DNA of 64,000 bases from Candidatus Bathyarchaeota archaeon (GTDB lineage Archaea > Thermoproteota > Bathyarchaeia > 40CM-2-53-6), in the NCBI GenBank assembly GCA_963833125.1, contig CAWHWX010000012.1:97572-161571 (forward strand), read 5' to 3'. Below the pieces are notes generated by a model. It saw only the letters and a program-made list of their open reading frames with translations, was not told where the DNA came from and made no database searches. Positions 8,302-18,779 of the stretch are shown in pieces (position 1 is the stretch's first letter; each line of letters starts with the position of its first letter). The translations under genes were made by a program, and so were the position numbers.

Positions 8302-8484
8302 ATGGATTCGAAATCGAAATCCTACCTTGCGATTGCAATGGGGATAGTCATAATCCTAGCCGACATATACTGGTTAGTTGTGGGGGCTTCTTACACTTAC
8401 CCACCTTGGCTTGCTGCGGGGATAATAATCTTCGTTGCGAGTGTGGTCTGGATCTGGGTCGATTACGACCTCATGAAAAAATAG
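8302..8484 (+). CDS. Small two-TM membrane protein
   Basis: Two hydrophobic helices; TTTAAG box about 28 nt upstream. Confidence 0.65.
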   Translation: MDSKSKSYLAIAMGIVIILADIYWLVVGASYTYPPWLAAGIIIFVASVVWIWVDYDLMKK

Positions 8485-8498
8485 GCAAGGACACCTAT

Positions 8499-9005
8499 CT
8501 AGGTCCGTACCGTGAGGTCTTCCTTCACGGTTCGAAGAACGATGATGCTCTCGGTTCCTGCGATTCCATCAATAGTTCCCACCGCATCCATTATCTTACC
8601 TAAGGCGTCTGTTCCGCTGGTTCGAATTTTCAGGATCGAATAGTACTCCCCCGTTACATCGTATATTTCGTAAATGTCATCGAATTTCTTTAACGCGTCA
8701 AGTGTTCCCGGAAACGCTTTGGGATTCGCCCGGACAAGTACAATTGCTGTAAGGTCTTTCCCTACCGCTTTAGGATCGACGATCGCGCTAAAACCCTTAA
8801 TCACGCCGCCCTCCTGCATCTTCCTCACTCGTACGAAGACGGTTCCTTCACTCACGCCGACTTTCTGAGCAATTGTTTTGAATGAGATTCGGGCGTCGCG
8901 TTGGAGTTTGCGCAGAATCTTATGATCAGCGTCATCGAGTTCCATCCGCTCGCTCTCCCTAGTTTGTCTCTTTTCCATCGCTGAGATCGTCATAACTGAA
9001 TCCAC
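8499..9005 (-). CDS. Lrp/AsnC family regulator divergent from the arg/lys operon (start may be ~8946)
   Basis: LDDADHKILRKLQRDARIS...GVSEGTV HTH and a RAM domain (YDVTGEY). Confidence 0.93.
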   Translation of the reverse strand: MDSVMTISAMEKRQTRESERMELDDADHKILRKLQRDARISFKTIAQKVGVSEGTVFVRVRKMQEGGVIKGFSAIVDPKAVGKDLTAIVLVRANPKAFPGTLDALKKFDDIYEIYDVTGEYYSILKIRTSGTDALGKIMDAVGTIDGIAGTESIIVLRTVKEDLTVRT

Positions 9006-9084
9006 AACTCCAAGGAATATTTATTAGTGATAACATAATGTATAGGCCAAATTCATAAGGTTTCCTTAACAAGTGAGCTGAGTT

Positions 9085-10344
9085 ATGCCTGAAAAAGTCG
9101 TTCTAGCCTATTCCGGCGGTCTCGATACCTCCGTTATGATCCGCTGGATCAAAGAAAAATATGGATACGATGTCGTAACCGTAACCGCAGACGTCGGGCA
9201 AGCGGATGATCTCGCAGAGGTTGGGAAGAAAGCTAGACTGGTCGGAGCGATTAAGCACTATACCCTGGATTTGAAGCAGGAATTCCTGCAAGACTATGTA
9301 TTCCCGGCAATCAAGGCTAACGCTCTCTACGAATCCAAATACCCCGTCAGCACAGCCCTCGCGAGACCGCTGATCGCCAAGAAACTCGTTGAGATTGCCC
9401 ACAAGGAACACGCGCAAGCGGTTGCGCATGGATGTACGGGAAAGGGCAACGACCAGGTTCGGTTCGAAGTTACCATCAAAGCCCTCGACCCGAAGCTGAA
9501 GATCATAGCTCCTGTACGAGAATGGAAACTTCCGAGGGAGCAGGAAATCCGTTACGCTGAAGAGCACGGCATCCCCGTCCCAGTCGACCTCGAAAACCCC
9601 TACAGTGTAGACCAGAACATCTGGGGGCGCTCGGTCGAGTGCGGAATACTTGAGAACCCAGCCATCGAACCACCCCAAGAAGCATACGAATGGACCAATT
9701 CACCCGAAAACGCTCCCGCAACCCCTGAATACTTCACCATCGAGTTCGAGAAGGGCGTTCCGATAGCCGTTAACCTAAGGCATCTCAACCCCGTCGACCT
9801 AATCAAGAAACTCAACTATATCGGCGGAAAGCACAGCATTGGCCGAATCGACCACATTGAAGACCGTCTCGTCGGAATTAAATCCAGAGAAGTCTACGAA
9901 TGTCCTGCAGCGACCATACTGATCGAAGCCCATAGGGAACTGGAGAAACTCGTGCTGACGAGGCATGAGGTATGGTTCAAACAGAAAATTGACACGGAGT
10001 GGACGAACCTCGTATACACTGGACTTTGGAACGACCCACTCAAAGAAGATCTTGACGCCTTCGTCGAGCAAACTCAAGAACACGTTTCGGGGGAAGTCAA
10101 GTTGAAGGCTTACAAAGGCGCTGTCACTGTGGTCGGGAGAACTTCGCCTATGTCACTATACGATACGGCGCTCGCAACCTACGGTGCATCTACTACATTT
10201 GACCAAACATGGTCCAATGGATTCATTGAGATCTGGGCAATGCCAACGGTCGTAGCGAACGCTCGAAAACGGGAACATTCCAACAAGCCAATGCAGTACA
10301 AAGTCGCTGCGAAGGCGACCACGCAAGCGCGTAAGGCAAAGTAG
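9085..10344 (+). CDS. argG: Argininosuccinate synthase
   Basis: VVLAYSGGLDTS, AHGCTGKGNDQVRFE and GIKSREVYE. Confidence 0.98.
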   Translation: MPEKVVLAYSGGLDTSVMIRWIKEKYGYDVVTVTADVGQADDLAEVGKKARLVGAIKHYTLDLKQEFLQDYVFPAIKANALYESKYPVSTALARPLIAKKLVEIAHKEHAQAVAHGCTGKGNDQVRFEVTIKALDPKLKIIAPVREWKLPREQEIRYAEEHGIPVPVDLENPYSVDQNIWGRSVECGILENPAIEPPQEAYEWTNSPENAPATPEYFTIEFEKGVPIAVNLRHLNPVDLIKKLNYIGGKHSIGRIDHIEDRLVGIKSREVYECPAATILIEAHRELEKLVLTRHEVWFKQKIDTEWTNLVYTGLWNDPLKEDLDAFVEQTQEHVSGEVKLKAYKGAVTVVGRTSPMSLYDTALATYGASTTFDQTWSNGFIEIWAMPTVVANARKREHSNKPMQYKVAAKATTQARKAK

Positions 10345-10414
10345 AACGCCTCCACGCTGGCACCCAAGGGTCGTGTTCGCTAGACTAGTCGTTAATTTTG
10401 ATGGAGGTGAGCGG

Positions 10415-10588
10415 ATGTCTATTGAAAAATGTGTTGATTGCGAAGCTCAAATTACTGTCCCAGATGACGCGGTGAATGGGGAGGTTGTCACCTGCCAAGA
10501 CTGCGGGCTAGACTTCGAGGTCGTAGTCACTCCACAAGGCCGCTCGATCAAACCAGTCGTGATTGAGAAAGAGGACTGGGGTGAGTAA
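10415..10588 (+). CDS. lysW: Amino-group carrier protein LysW
   Basis: CxxC...CxxC with C-terminal EDWGE; GGAGGTGA RBS before ATG 10415. Confidence 0.96.
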   Translation: MSIEKCVDCEAQITVPDDAVNGEVVTCQDCGLDFEVVVTPQGRSIKPVVIEKEDWGE

Positions 10589-11446
10589 GTAACGGTCAAG
10601 GTTGGTCTGGTGTACGATCAGTTAAGGCCTGACGAGCGGCTCATCATAGATGCAGCAAAACGCGATGGCATAGATCTTGTGCTCTATGACACGAATCAAC
10701 TCGCATGGGACGTCACAACTGAGAACGACGGAATCGTACTAGCGGACGCTTTCCTTCAACGTTGCATGTCATTCTTCAGGAGTATACATGTGACCGCCAC
10801 GTTGGAAGCGAGAGGCAGACCCGTCGTCAACTCCTACAAGGCAGCCTCAACCTGCGGAAACAAACTTATCGCATCGATATGCCTCAGTCGCACGAAGATT
10901 CCAACCCCACGAACATTCCTCACCTTCACCCAAGAAGCGTCACTCAAGGCATTGGAGCAACTAGGTTATCCGGCAGTGGTAAAGCCGATTGTGGGAAGTT
11001 GGGGAAGGCTCGTTGCACAAATCAAGGACCCTGAATCGGCAGTTGCAATCCTTGAACCAAGAGAGTACATGCACCCCGTCCAACAAGTCTACTATCTGCA
11101 GGAGAAAATTAAGCGCCCCGAACGCGACATCCGGTGTTACGTGATCGGCGATGAAGCCGTCGCCGCCATTTACAGAAACGCCCCGCCAGACGATTGGCGA
11201 ACTAACACGGCGCGGGGAGGCGTTGCTGAGAATCTGGCAGTAACTCCTGAACTGGCAGAACTTAGCATAAGGGCCGCTCAAGCTGTCGGGGGTGGTGCTT
11301 TCGGCGTAGACTTGATGGAAACTGAGTCCGGCTTCGTTGTTCACGAAGTAAACCACACTACCGAATTCAAGAACACTGTTCGGGTGACGGGGATCGACAT
11401 TCCGAAGCTGTTACTCGAGTATACGATTCGGCAGGCCAAGAAATGA
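10581..11446 (+). CDS. lysX: LysW-amino acid ligase (RimK/ATP-grasp, LysX/ArgX family); start probably GTG 10581 with a 1-nt indel
   Basis: KPIVGSWGRLV, WRTNTARGG and EVNHTTEFKN. In-frame VTVKVGLVYD lacks a start unless one base is restored. Confidence 0.9.
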
Positions 11447-12495
11447 TAAGCGTCTCCGTGATGGGCGGGTCAGGGTATGTAGGGGGCGAGCTGCTACGTT
11501 TACTCCTTACCCATCCAAACTGCGAAGTCCAGGCAGTCACCTCGCGGCGGTACGCCGGAGAACCACTCTTTCGAGTTCACCCTAACCTCAGAAACGTAAC
11601 CGCGCTCAGATTCCAGAAAGAGGGGTTGGAGACTGCTATTGCTGGAAGCGACGTTGTCTTTACCGCGCTGCCACATGGAAAATCCATTGAAGTCGTTCCA
11701 CAACTGCTCGAGCGAGGGGTGAAAGTGATAGATCTCACAGCAGATTTCCGACTGAAGGATGCCAAAGCATACGAGGAATACTACGGATTTAATCACCCTC
11801 GTCCGGACCTCTTGGAGAAGTCGGTCTACGGGCTACCCGAACTTCACCGAGATAGAATAAAGTCAGCGCAACTCGTTTCGGTACCGGGTTGCATGGCTAC
11901 CGCGGCAATCCTGAGCCTCGCTCCAATTGTGGGAAGAGGATGGATTGATCTGAACAGAATCGTCATTGATGCGAAAATCGGCTCCTCAGGTGCCGGAGCT
12001 ACTCCGACAATTGCAAGTCACCACTCCGAACGCGCAGGGGGTGTCCGTCCGTACAAGGTTACAGGACACCGGCACATCGCAGAGATTGAGCAGGAGCTTG
12101 ACAAGGTCGCGGATAAGATACTTCATGTTTCATTCACTCCTCACGCGGTGAACATGATCCGCGGCATCCTCTCCACCTCACACACCTTCATGACCAGTAG
12201 CTTGGAACCTCGAGATGTCTTCAAGGCATATCGAACAAAATGCGAATCAGAACCCTTCATCAGGATCGTCTCAGACAAGAAAGGCCTTCACGGGTTACCC
12301 AATCCAAAAGTTACGGTCGGTACAAACTATTGTGATGTAGGATTCGAGATCGATGCGCATTCACAGAGACTGATTCTCTTCTCTGCCCTAGATAATCTGA
12401 CGAAGGGGGCTGCCGGGGCGGCGGTTCAGTGCTTCAACCTAATGTCAGGCCTCGATGAGAAAACCGGCTTGAATCTCGTGGGCTTACACCCTTAG
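11443..12495 (+). CDS. lysY: LysW-gamma-glutamyl/aminoadipyl-phosphate reductase (ArgC/LysY)
   Basis: GGSGYVGGELLRLL, VIDLTADFRL, PGCMAT and DNLTKGAAG. Confidence 0.93.
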   Translation: MISVSVMGGSGYVGGELLRLLLTHPNCEVQAVTSRRYAGEPLFRVHPNLRNVTALRFQKEGLETAIAGSDVVFTALPHGKSIEVVPQLLERGVKVIDLTADFRLKDAKAYEEYYGFNHPRPDLLEKSVYGLPELHRDRIKSAQLVSVPGCMATAAILSLAPIVGRGWIDLNRIVIDAKIGSSGAGATPTIASHHSERAGGVRPYKVTGHRHIAEIEQELDKVADKILHVSFTPHAVNMIRGILSTSHTFMTSSLEPRDVFKAYRTKCESEPFIRIVSDKKGLHGLPNPKVTVGTNYCDVGFEIDAHSQRLILFSALDNLTKGAAGAAVQCFNLMSGLDEKTGLNLVGLHP

Positions 12496-13311
12496 TGATT
12501 TCCATGGTTATCGTTGTAAAAGTCGGAGACAAAGTAATGGGCGACGCCTTCTCAGAAACTGCACTAACTGATTTCGAGGCTCTGACGCACCAGACGGCGA
12601 CTGTTTTAGTCCACGGAGGGGGCAATACGGTTACAAGTGTCGCGGAGAAACTCGGAGTACATCAGCAATTCGTAACTTCCCCTGAAGGTTTCAGGAGCAG
12701 ATACACGGACGCTGAGTCCATGCAGGTCTATACTATGGTTATGGCAGGGAGAGTCAACAAACAAATCGTCATGCAACTCCTCAGCAGAAAGATTCCAGCG
12801 GTCGGCCTTTCGGGGTTAGATGGCAGCATAATACGGGCGGAAAGAAAGAGAAAGCTGATCATTAAGGATGAGCGAGGCCGGAGGAGAGCGATAGATGGAG
12901 GATACACCGGTATGATTACGCATACTGACGGAACTCTTTTGAGAACTTTGATCAGCAGTGGCTACGTTCCAGTTATAGCACCAATAGCACTCGGCTCCGA
13001 TAATGAACCTCTGAACATCGACGGTGACAGAACAGCAGCACATATCGCTGCAGCTCTGCAGGCTGAAATTTTACTTCTCATAACAGATGTGGAGAGGCGT
13101 CTCTCTGGAGTCAGGTGTCGTGCGTCACCTGAATGCTGAGGAAGCGAAGAAGGACCTGCCAAAGCTCGGACCGGGAATGATTACCAAGGTTTACGCTGCG
13201 CTCGAAGCACTTTCGAAAGGAGTCGGCAAGGTTGTGGTGGCTCCAGGCACGGGCACAGCTCCATACACAGCCGCAATCAATGGGGAATCCGGGACTTTGA
13301 TCACGGCATGA
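12495..13311 (+). CDS. lysZ: LysW-amino acid kinase (ArgB/LysZ), frameshift near 13090
   Basis: VVVKVG, LVHGGG, GFRSRYTD and NIDGD; C-terminal GMITKV is in ORF 13087-13311. Confidence 0.9.
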
Positions 13312-14507
13312 CTGAGCCGGATGCACGTACAATTGAAGACGCGCACTATGCAAAGTACTATGCACGCAAGCCAGTTACGATAGTTCGCGGAAAGGGAGTG
13401 CTGCTATACGACGATGTTGGTAGAGAATACGTTGACCTGACTGGAGCCTACGGCGCTTGCATCGTGGGCCACGCACATCCACGCGTCGTAAAGGCGATAG
13501 CCGATCAAGCCCAGAAGCTTATCGCATGCCACGGCTCAGTGTACAATGACGCTCGAGCAGAATTCACCTCAAGACTAACCAATATTCTACCCTCGGGCCT
13601 CGAGAGAATATTCGTAAGCAACAGCGGCACCGAGGCTGTCGAATGCGCAATCAAAGTCGCGCGGAAATCCACCGGAAAAAGAAAGATCGTAGCCGTCAAG
13701 GGTGGGTTTCACGGTAAGACTCACGGAGCATTGTCGGCCACTTGGGACGCTAAATACAGGAAAAGTTTCGAACCTCTCGTCCCAGGCTTCGTTCACATCC
13801 CCTTCGACAACGTCGAAGCCGCCAAAGAAACTATCACTAACGACACTGCTGCAGTTCTGGTTGAGCCCGTCCAGGGGGAAGGTGGAATCCGGGTCCCTTC
13901 GAAGAGCTGGATGAGTCTCTTGCAAGATTTGGTTCATGATGCGGGTGGGTTGCTCGTGGCAGACGAGATTCAGACTGGATTCGGCCGAACTGGAAAATTG
14001 TTCGCTTCCGAACATTTAGGAATGCAGCCAGACATCCTTTGCCTAGGAAAAGGCGTCGCAAGCGGATTACCGATTGGGATAACCGCAGCTAACTCAGAGA
14101 CAATGGGCTCACTCTCCGTCGGAGAACATACGAGCACGTTCGGAGGAAACCCTGTCGTATGCGCCGCCGGATCCGCCACCATCGACGTTCTGTCTGATGA
14201 ACGATTGGTGGATAACGCGGCGAAAGTTGGGGAATATTTCAAGAATGGTCTTCTGCAGTTGATGAATGCTCATCGGATAATCAGAGAAGTTCGGGGCCTC
14301 GGCCTTATGCTGGCCATTGAGACACGTTTTGACGTCCACCAAATTATCCTAGACGCCTTACAGCAAGGAGTTTTGATGCTCGATGCTGGACGAAACATTC
14401 TCAGATTTCTACCACCACTCTGCATCCAACCAGAGCACGTAGATCGAGTTCTTGGCGTTCTTCCGAAGGTCTTGGAGAAAGAGGAGCTTGCAAAGTTATC
14501 CGGTTAA
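13308..14507 (+). CDS. lysJ: Class III aminotransferase ArgD/LysJ
   Basis: NSGTEAVE, GGFHGKT, EPVQGEGG, DEIQTGFGRTG and HTSTFGGNP. Confidence 0.93.
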   Translation: MTEPDARTIEDAHYAKYYARKPVTIVRGKGVLLYDDVGREYVDLTGAYGACIVGHAHPRVVKAIADQAQKLIACHGSVYNDARAEFTSRLTNILPSGLERIFVSNSGTEAVECAIKVARKSTGKRKIVAVKGGFHGKTHGALSATWDAKYRKSFEPLVPGFVHIPFDNVEAAKETITNDTAAVLVEPVQGEGGIRVPSKSWMSLLQDLVHDAGGLLVADEIQTGFGRTGKLFASEHLGMQPDILCLGKGVASGLPIGITAANSETMGSLSVGEHTSTFGGNPVVCAAGSATIDVLSDERLVDNAAKVGEYFKNGLLQLMNAHRIIREVRGLGLMLAIETRFDVHQIILDALQQGVLMLDAGRNILRFLPPLCIQPEHVDRVLGVLPKVLEKEELAKLSG

Positions 14508-15618
14508 ATTACTTGGAGAAAATGCTGGAACTCTACAGCCCGAGCGGATCTGAAGCCGAGCTAGCTGAATTCCTTCGCAGGGAAATGCAATCAAAGGGCT
14601 TCGCGGCGCGAAGATTGACGAAGCTGGGAACGTAGTTGGCGTTCTTGGCAACGAAGGTCCGCGGATTCTACTGTGCGGACATATGGACACGGTTCCTGGC
14701 CGGATACCGATTCGACAGGACGCTGATCTGCTCTACGGCCGGGGCGCCGTAGACGCCAAATCGTCCTTGGCAGCGATGATCGTTGGCGCTGCTCTCGCTA
14801 AGGAAAGAAGTTCATACCCTTTCCAAGTTACCGTAGCGGCCGTCGTGGAGGAGGAGACGAGCAGCAAGGGCATTCGTGCGATAATTGATGATCAAACTCA
14901 GTACGCGATGGCGGTATTCGGAGAACCGAGCGGCGTTTCAAACATGATCATCGGATACAAGGGAAGCCTCAAACTGCACGTGACCTTCACTACTAGCGGA
15001 GGCCATTCGGCTTCACCTTGGCTCTCGGCCAGCAGCTACGAGGAATCAAGCTTGTTCTGGAGAGCGTTTGAAAAAAGAATTCTGAAGACCAAGTCTCAAT
15101 CCAAGTTTGATACTGTAACCGGTTGCGTCACCCGCACGGAAGCAGGTGAGTTAGGAAACAGCGTGCCGACACACGCGACCTTAGATGTTGATCTCAGAAT
15201 CCCGCCTGCGCTGTCGCTGAACGATCTGGTTGCCAAAATTAATGAATTTACAAACCGGTACAATTCAACTCGAAAAGATGTGAAGATCCAGGTAGGTTTC
15301 GAGGACCCAACCGAAGCTTTCCTCGGTTCTCCCAATTCCACCGCGGTCTCAGCTTTCCGGTGGGCCATTAGGAAGATGAAAGGCGGCCAGGTTGCCATGG
15401 TGAAGAAGACTGGCACAAGCGACATGAACCTCTTTGTCCAACGCCAGAATATCCCCATGTTTGCCTATGGTCCAGGGGATTCGAGGTTTGATCACACTGA
15501 GATTGAACATGTGAGAATCTCGGAGTACTTAGGATGTATCGAAGTCTACGCCCGCGCTCTCCCAAGGTTCGTTGAAAAAGCCAGCAGCTCACCACTCCTA
15601 CCAGCTCCCACACAGTGA
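14488..15618 (+). CDS. lysK: LysW-lysine/ornithine hydrolase (LysK/ArgE, M20), two frameshifts in the 5' part
   Basis: Reconstructed TTG start after GAGGAG, then YSPSGSE...DEAGNV...CGHMDTVPG, GRGAVDAK, EEE and GEPS. Confidence 0.9.
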
Positions 15619-15624
15619 CCTCAG

Positions 15625-17079
15625 ATGTCGTCTGTTCTGAAGGGTGGCCGGTTAAGACGAACACGAAAAGATGTAGTGCATTTTATTTCATCACTTGAAT
15701 CCGACAAGCGAATAGCATTATCAACAGTCCTGGTCAACGAGGCGCACGTGATTGCGCTCGCCAAATCTGGCACTATTGAGAAGCCTAAGGCTCGCAGAAT
15801 TTTGAGGGCACTGAGAAGCCTTGAAGGTTACAATTTTCCTGAGCGAAACGCGGAAGATGTTCATGTGGTGATTGAGGATTCTGTCACGAAACGTACGGGT
15901 AGAGAGGTGGGAGGTCTTCTTCATCTCGGCAAGAGTCGGAACGACCAAGTCGTTACGGCCATAAGAATGACTCTCCGTAACGAGATAATCGAACTCTCGG
16001 ACCAAATACTTGCTCTCGAATTCTCAATCCTGAACTCGGCGAAGAAACATGTCGCTACTGTATTCCCAGGCTATACCCATCTTCAGCCGGCGCAGCCAAT
16101 CAGTTTCGCTCATTATCTGCTTGCAAACTGCGCTTCTTTGTCGAGGGACGTGGATCGGCTAACCGAGGCTTACTTTAGAGTTAATCGTTCTCCGATGGGT
16201 GCCGCGGCGTTGGCTGGAACAAGTTTTCCGCTGAATCGGCGGTTGATCGCGCGTCTGCTTGGTTTTGATGGGCTTGTGGAGATTTCTTTGGACGCGGTTG
16301 GCGGTCGAGACTTTGCCTTAGAGGTTCTGGGAGGCTGTGCCCTTTTGGCTTCAGATCTCTCCCGTATCGCAACAGATCTAATCTTCTACAGCTCAGCGGA
16401 AGTCGCGCTCGTATCGATTCCAGACGAGTTTGCCTCGACGAGTAGTATCATGCCTCAAAAGAAGAACGCTGACCCACTAGAGCTAACCCGTGCAAAGTGC
16501 GCGAAAATCGCAGCTAATTTCAATTCAGGTCTCTCAATAATGCATGGCCTGCCCTCAGGATACAATCTCGACTACCAGGAGCTAACGCCTCTTCTCTGGG
16601 AATCGATTGATGAACTCAAAGCCTGCCTGCGAATTCTCACAGAAATCATATCTAGGATAACCGTCGACCGTAAGTTGTCGAGCAGGCGATACCTAGAATT
16701 CACAGCGGCAACCGAAATTGCCAACCTCCTAGTAAGAAAGGAACATTTACCCTTCAGAACCGCCCACCATCTCGTTGGTTCAGTTGCACGATCAGCCCTT
16801 AGTCAAGGCATGACATTCAAAGACATGAAGCGATCAGATTGGGAACGAGCCCTAGGAAGGTCAATCAGCTCTCGCACGATGAGTTCAATCGGTGAGGCTT
16901 TGAATCTGGACCGGCACCTTCGCATGTATCGAACTAGCGGCAGCCCTAACCCACAAGAAACAAGGAGGCTTATCGCACAAGAGCTTCATTTGTGCGAGAA
17001 ATCGCGCACACGTAACGCGCGATTACAGGCAAAGCTTCGAAAGGGCATGCAAGAGCTTCGGGCCGCCTCGAAGATATAA
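15625..17079 (+). CDS. argH: Argininosuccinate lyase
   Basis: GKSRNDQV, PGYTHLQPAQP and SSIMPQKKN. Confidence 0.96.
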   Translation: MSSVLKGGRLRRTRKDVVHFISSLESDKRIALSTVLVNEAHVIALAKSGTIEKPKARRILRALRSLEGYNFPERNAEDVHVVIEDSVTKRTGREVGGLLHLGKSRNDQVVTAIRMTLRNEIIELSDQILALEFSILNSAKKHVATVFPGYTHLQPAQPISFAHYLLANCASLSRDVDRLTEAYFRVNRSPMGAAALAGTSFPLNRRLIARLLGFDGLVEISLDAVGGRDFALEVLGGCALLASDLSRIATDLIFYSSAEVALVSIPDEFASTSSIMPQKKNADPLELTRAKCAKIAANFNSGLSIMHGLPSGYNLDYQELTPLLWESIDELKACLRILTEIISRITVDRKLSSRRYLEFTAATEIANLLVRKEHLPFRTAHHLVGSVARSALSQGMTFKDMKRSDWERALGRSISSRTMSSIGEALNLDRHLRMYRTSGSPNPQETRRLIAQELHLCEKSRTRNARLQAKLRKGMQELRAASKI

Positions 17080-17081
17080 CC

Positions 17082-18733
17082 TCAAAGATACTTCTTTTTC
17101 GTCATAACTACTACCACCGCCGCAACGATTACGAACCCGGCTAAGATCTGCAACGCCTCCTGTTCACTTAAGAGCGGGGGCTGGTCGTTGGTGATTGGTA
17201 ATCCGCTAATCGGGCTGAGCATTGTATCTACTGGTGCATAATTGTCCGTGAGTGCCGGTGGGTTGTTCCCGGTAGGAGTGAAGTAGTTGGTTAGGTAGTC
17301 CTCCATACCCGGAACCTTCACTATCGTGCTCGTTGAGGCGAGTTCCTCAAAATCTGAGGCAGCTAAGTGATGAGTTGAGAGCGTGGCGACGATTATCACG
17401 TTTTGTGCGCTCGTGTCCGACGATCCTTCTACTGCGAACGTGTAGACGTTTGGAAATACTTGGCCAATCGTTGTGGTTTCGGCGGTGAGTAACTGATCGT
17501 TACTAGAGGTTGTTCCCGAGATTAGGTTTGAGATCACGATACCGTTAGAGGTTAGGTGGGAGTCGATGAGTTGGAAGAATTCTAGGGTCATTAATTGGAA
17601 TGGGACGTAGGTCCTGGAATAAGCGTCGAGCACGATGAGATCGTATCTTTGCTGAGTGCTTTGAAGGAATACTCGACCGTCGTTGATGTAGATGTGAAGC
17701 CTTGGGTTGCTGGCGTTCACCGCGAAATATTGTTCTGCGACCTGCACAACCTCAGGGTCGATCTCAGCGACATCAACGGTCACGTTTGGATAATCTCTCA
17801 GGAATGCTTTCGGGCCCGTAAAACCGCCTCCACCAATGAATAGGACGTGAGTTATGTTCGGGTTAAGCAGTAGTCCGACGTGGAAGTAGTCAGTGTAGGG
17901 AAAGACGGTTCGGTTAGGATTTTGTAAGTCCATCGCACTGTGCAGGTTATCATCCATTATCAGATAGCGCGTCGTGGAGTGGGTTGACGGGTCATATGCG
18001 TCTGCGACAATGAGATGATGGTAAGGAGTGTCGGTTTCGTAGATTGTGTCACCCAAAGCCAACGTGTAGGTGGCAACTGTCAGTTGGCGGTTAACCATGT
18101 AGGGCGCAGCGAACGGGAGGATGATTAGGATGAGGAGGACGAGGAACTTGAAGCGATAACTCAAACCAAGAAACGCAACGACCAGTAACACAATTCCCAA
18201 CACAAAGATGATCTTGTTAACTCCAAAAAGTGGAATGAGGAGGAAAACGGTCAGAAACACGCCTATGATGCTCCCTACGGTCGAGAGAGCGTAAAGATTC
18301 CCAGAGGCTCTGCCTAATGTTTCAAAGCTCTCAGCTACCAACCGAATAGCATACGGCGAAACCATGCCCAGAAGGACGCTCGGCGGGCCTAGCAATAGGG
18401 TCGTGGCGAGTAGAGGAGCATAACGCTCGCCGAGATTCAACCTTATCGCAAGGTCGAAGAGGGGAGGGGCGATCGCAGGAAGCGCCAGAACCATTAAACC
18501 TGCAATGAAGATTACGATTGATAGTACGTTGAAGTTGGGCTTGATGTCGGCCAGTTTCCCGCCCAAATAGTAACCCGCGCTAAGCGCTGACAACACCACA
18601 CCAATCAAACTGCCCCAAACGAAAATCGAACTTCCGAACACTGGCGCCAGCAGCCTACTCCCAAGAGTTCAAGCGCCATCACCACAGCGCCCGAAACGAA
18701 GACCGAAATAAGCAAGCGAAGTTGGCGTGGCAT
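17082..18733 (-). CDS. Fused membrane/spermidine-synthase-like SAM-dependent protein; frameshift near the N-terminus
   Basis: Reconstructed start MPRQLRLLISVFVSGAVVMALE, several TMs, then LFIGGGG, AEIDP, DGRVF and YDLIVLDAY. Confidence 0.85.
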
Positions 18734-18779
18734 TCAGATTCCAGTCAAGAAATTGGATTGGAGCGAATCTTATCTACGG

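Noticed and set aside
9103-16372. Many antisense ORFs within the arg/lys operon (and similar ones elsewhere)
   Set aside because: Shadow frames of well-supported genes.
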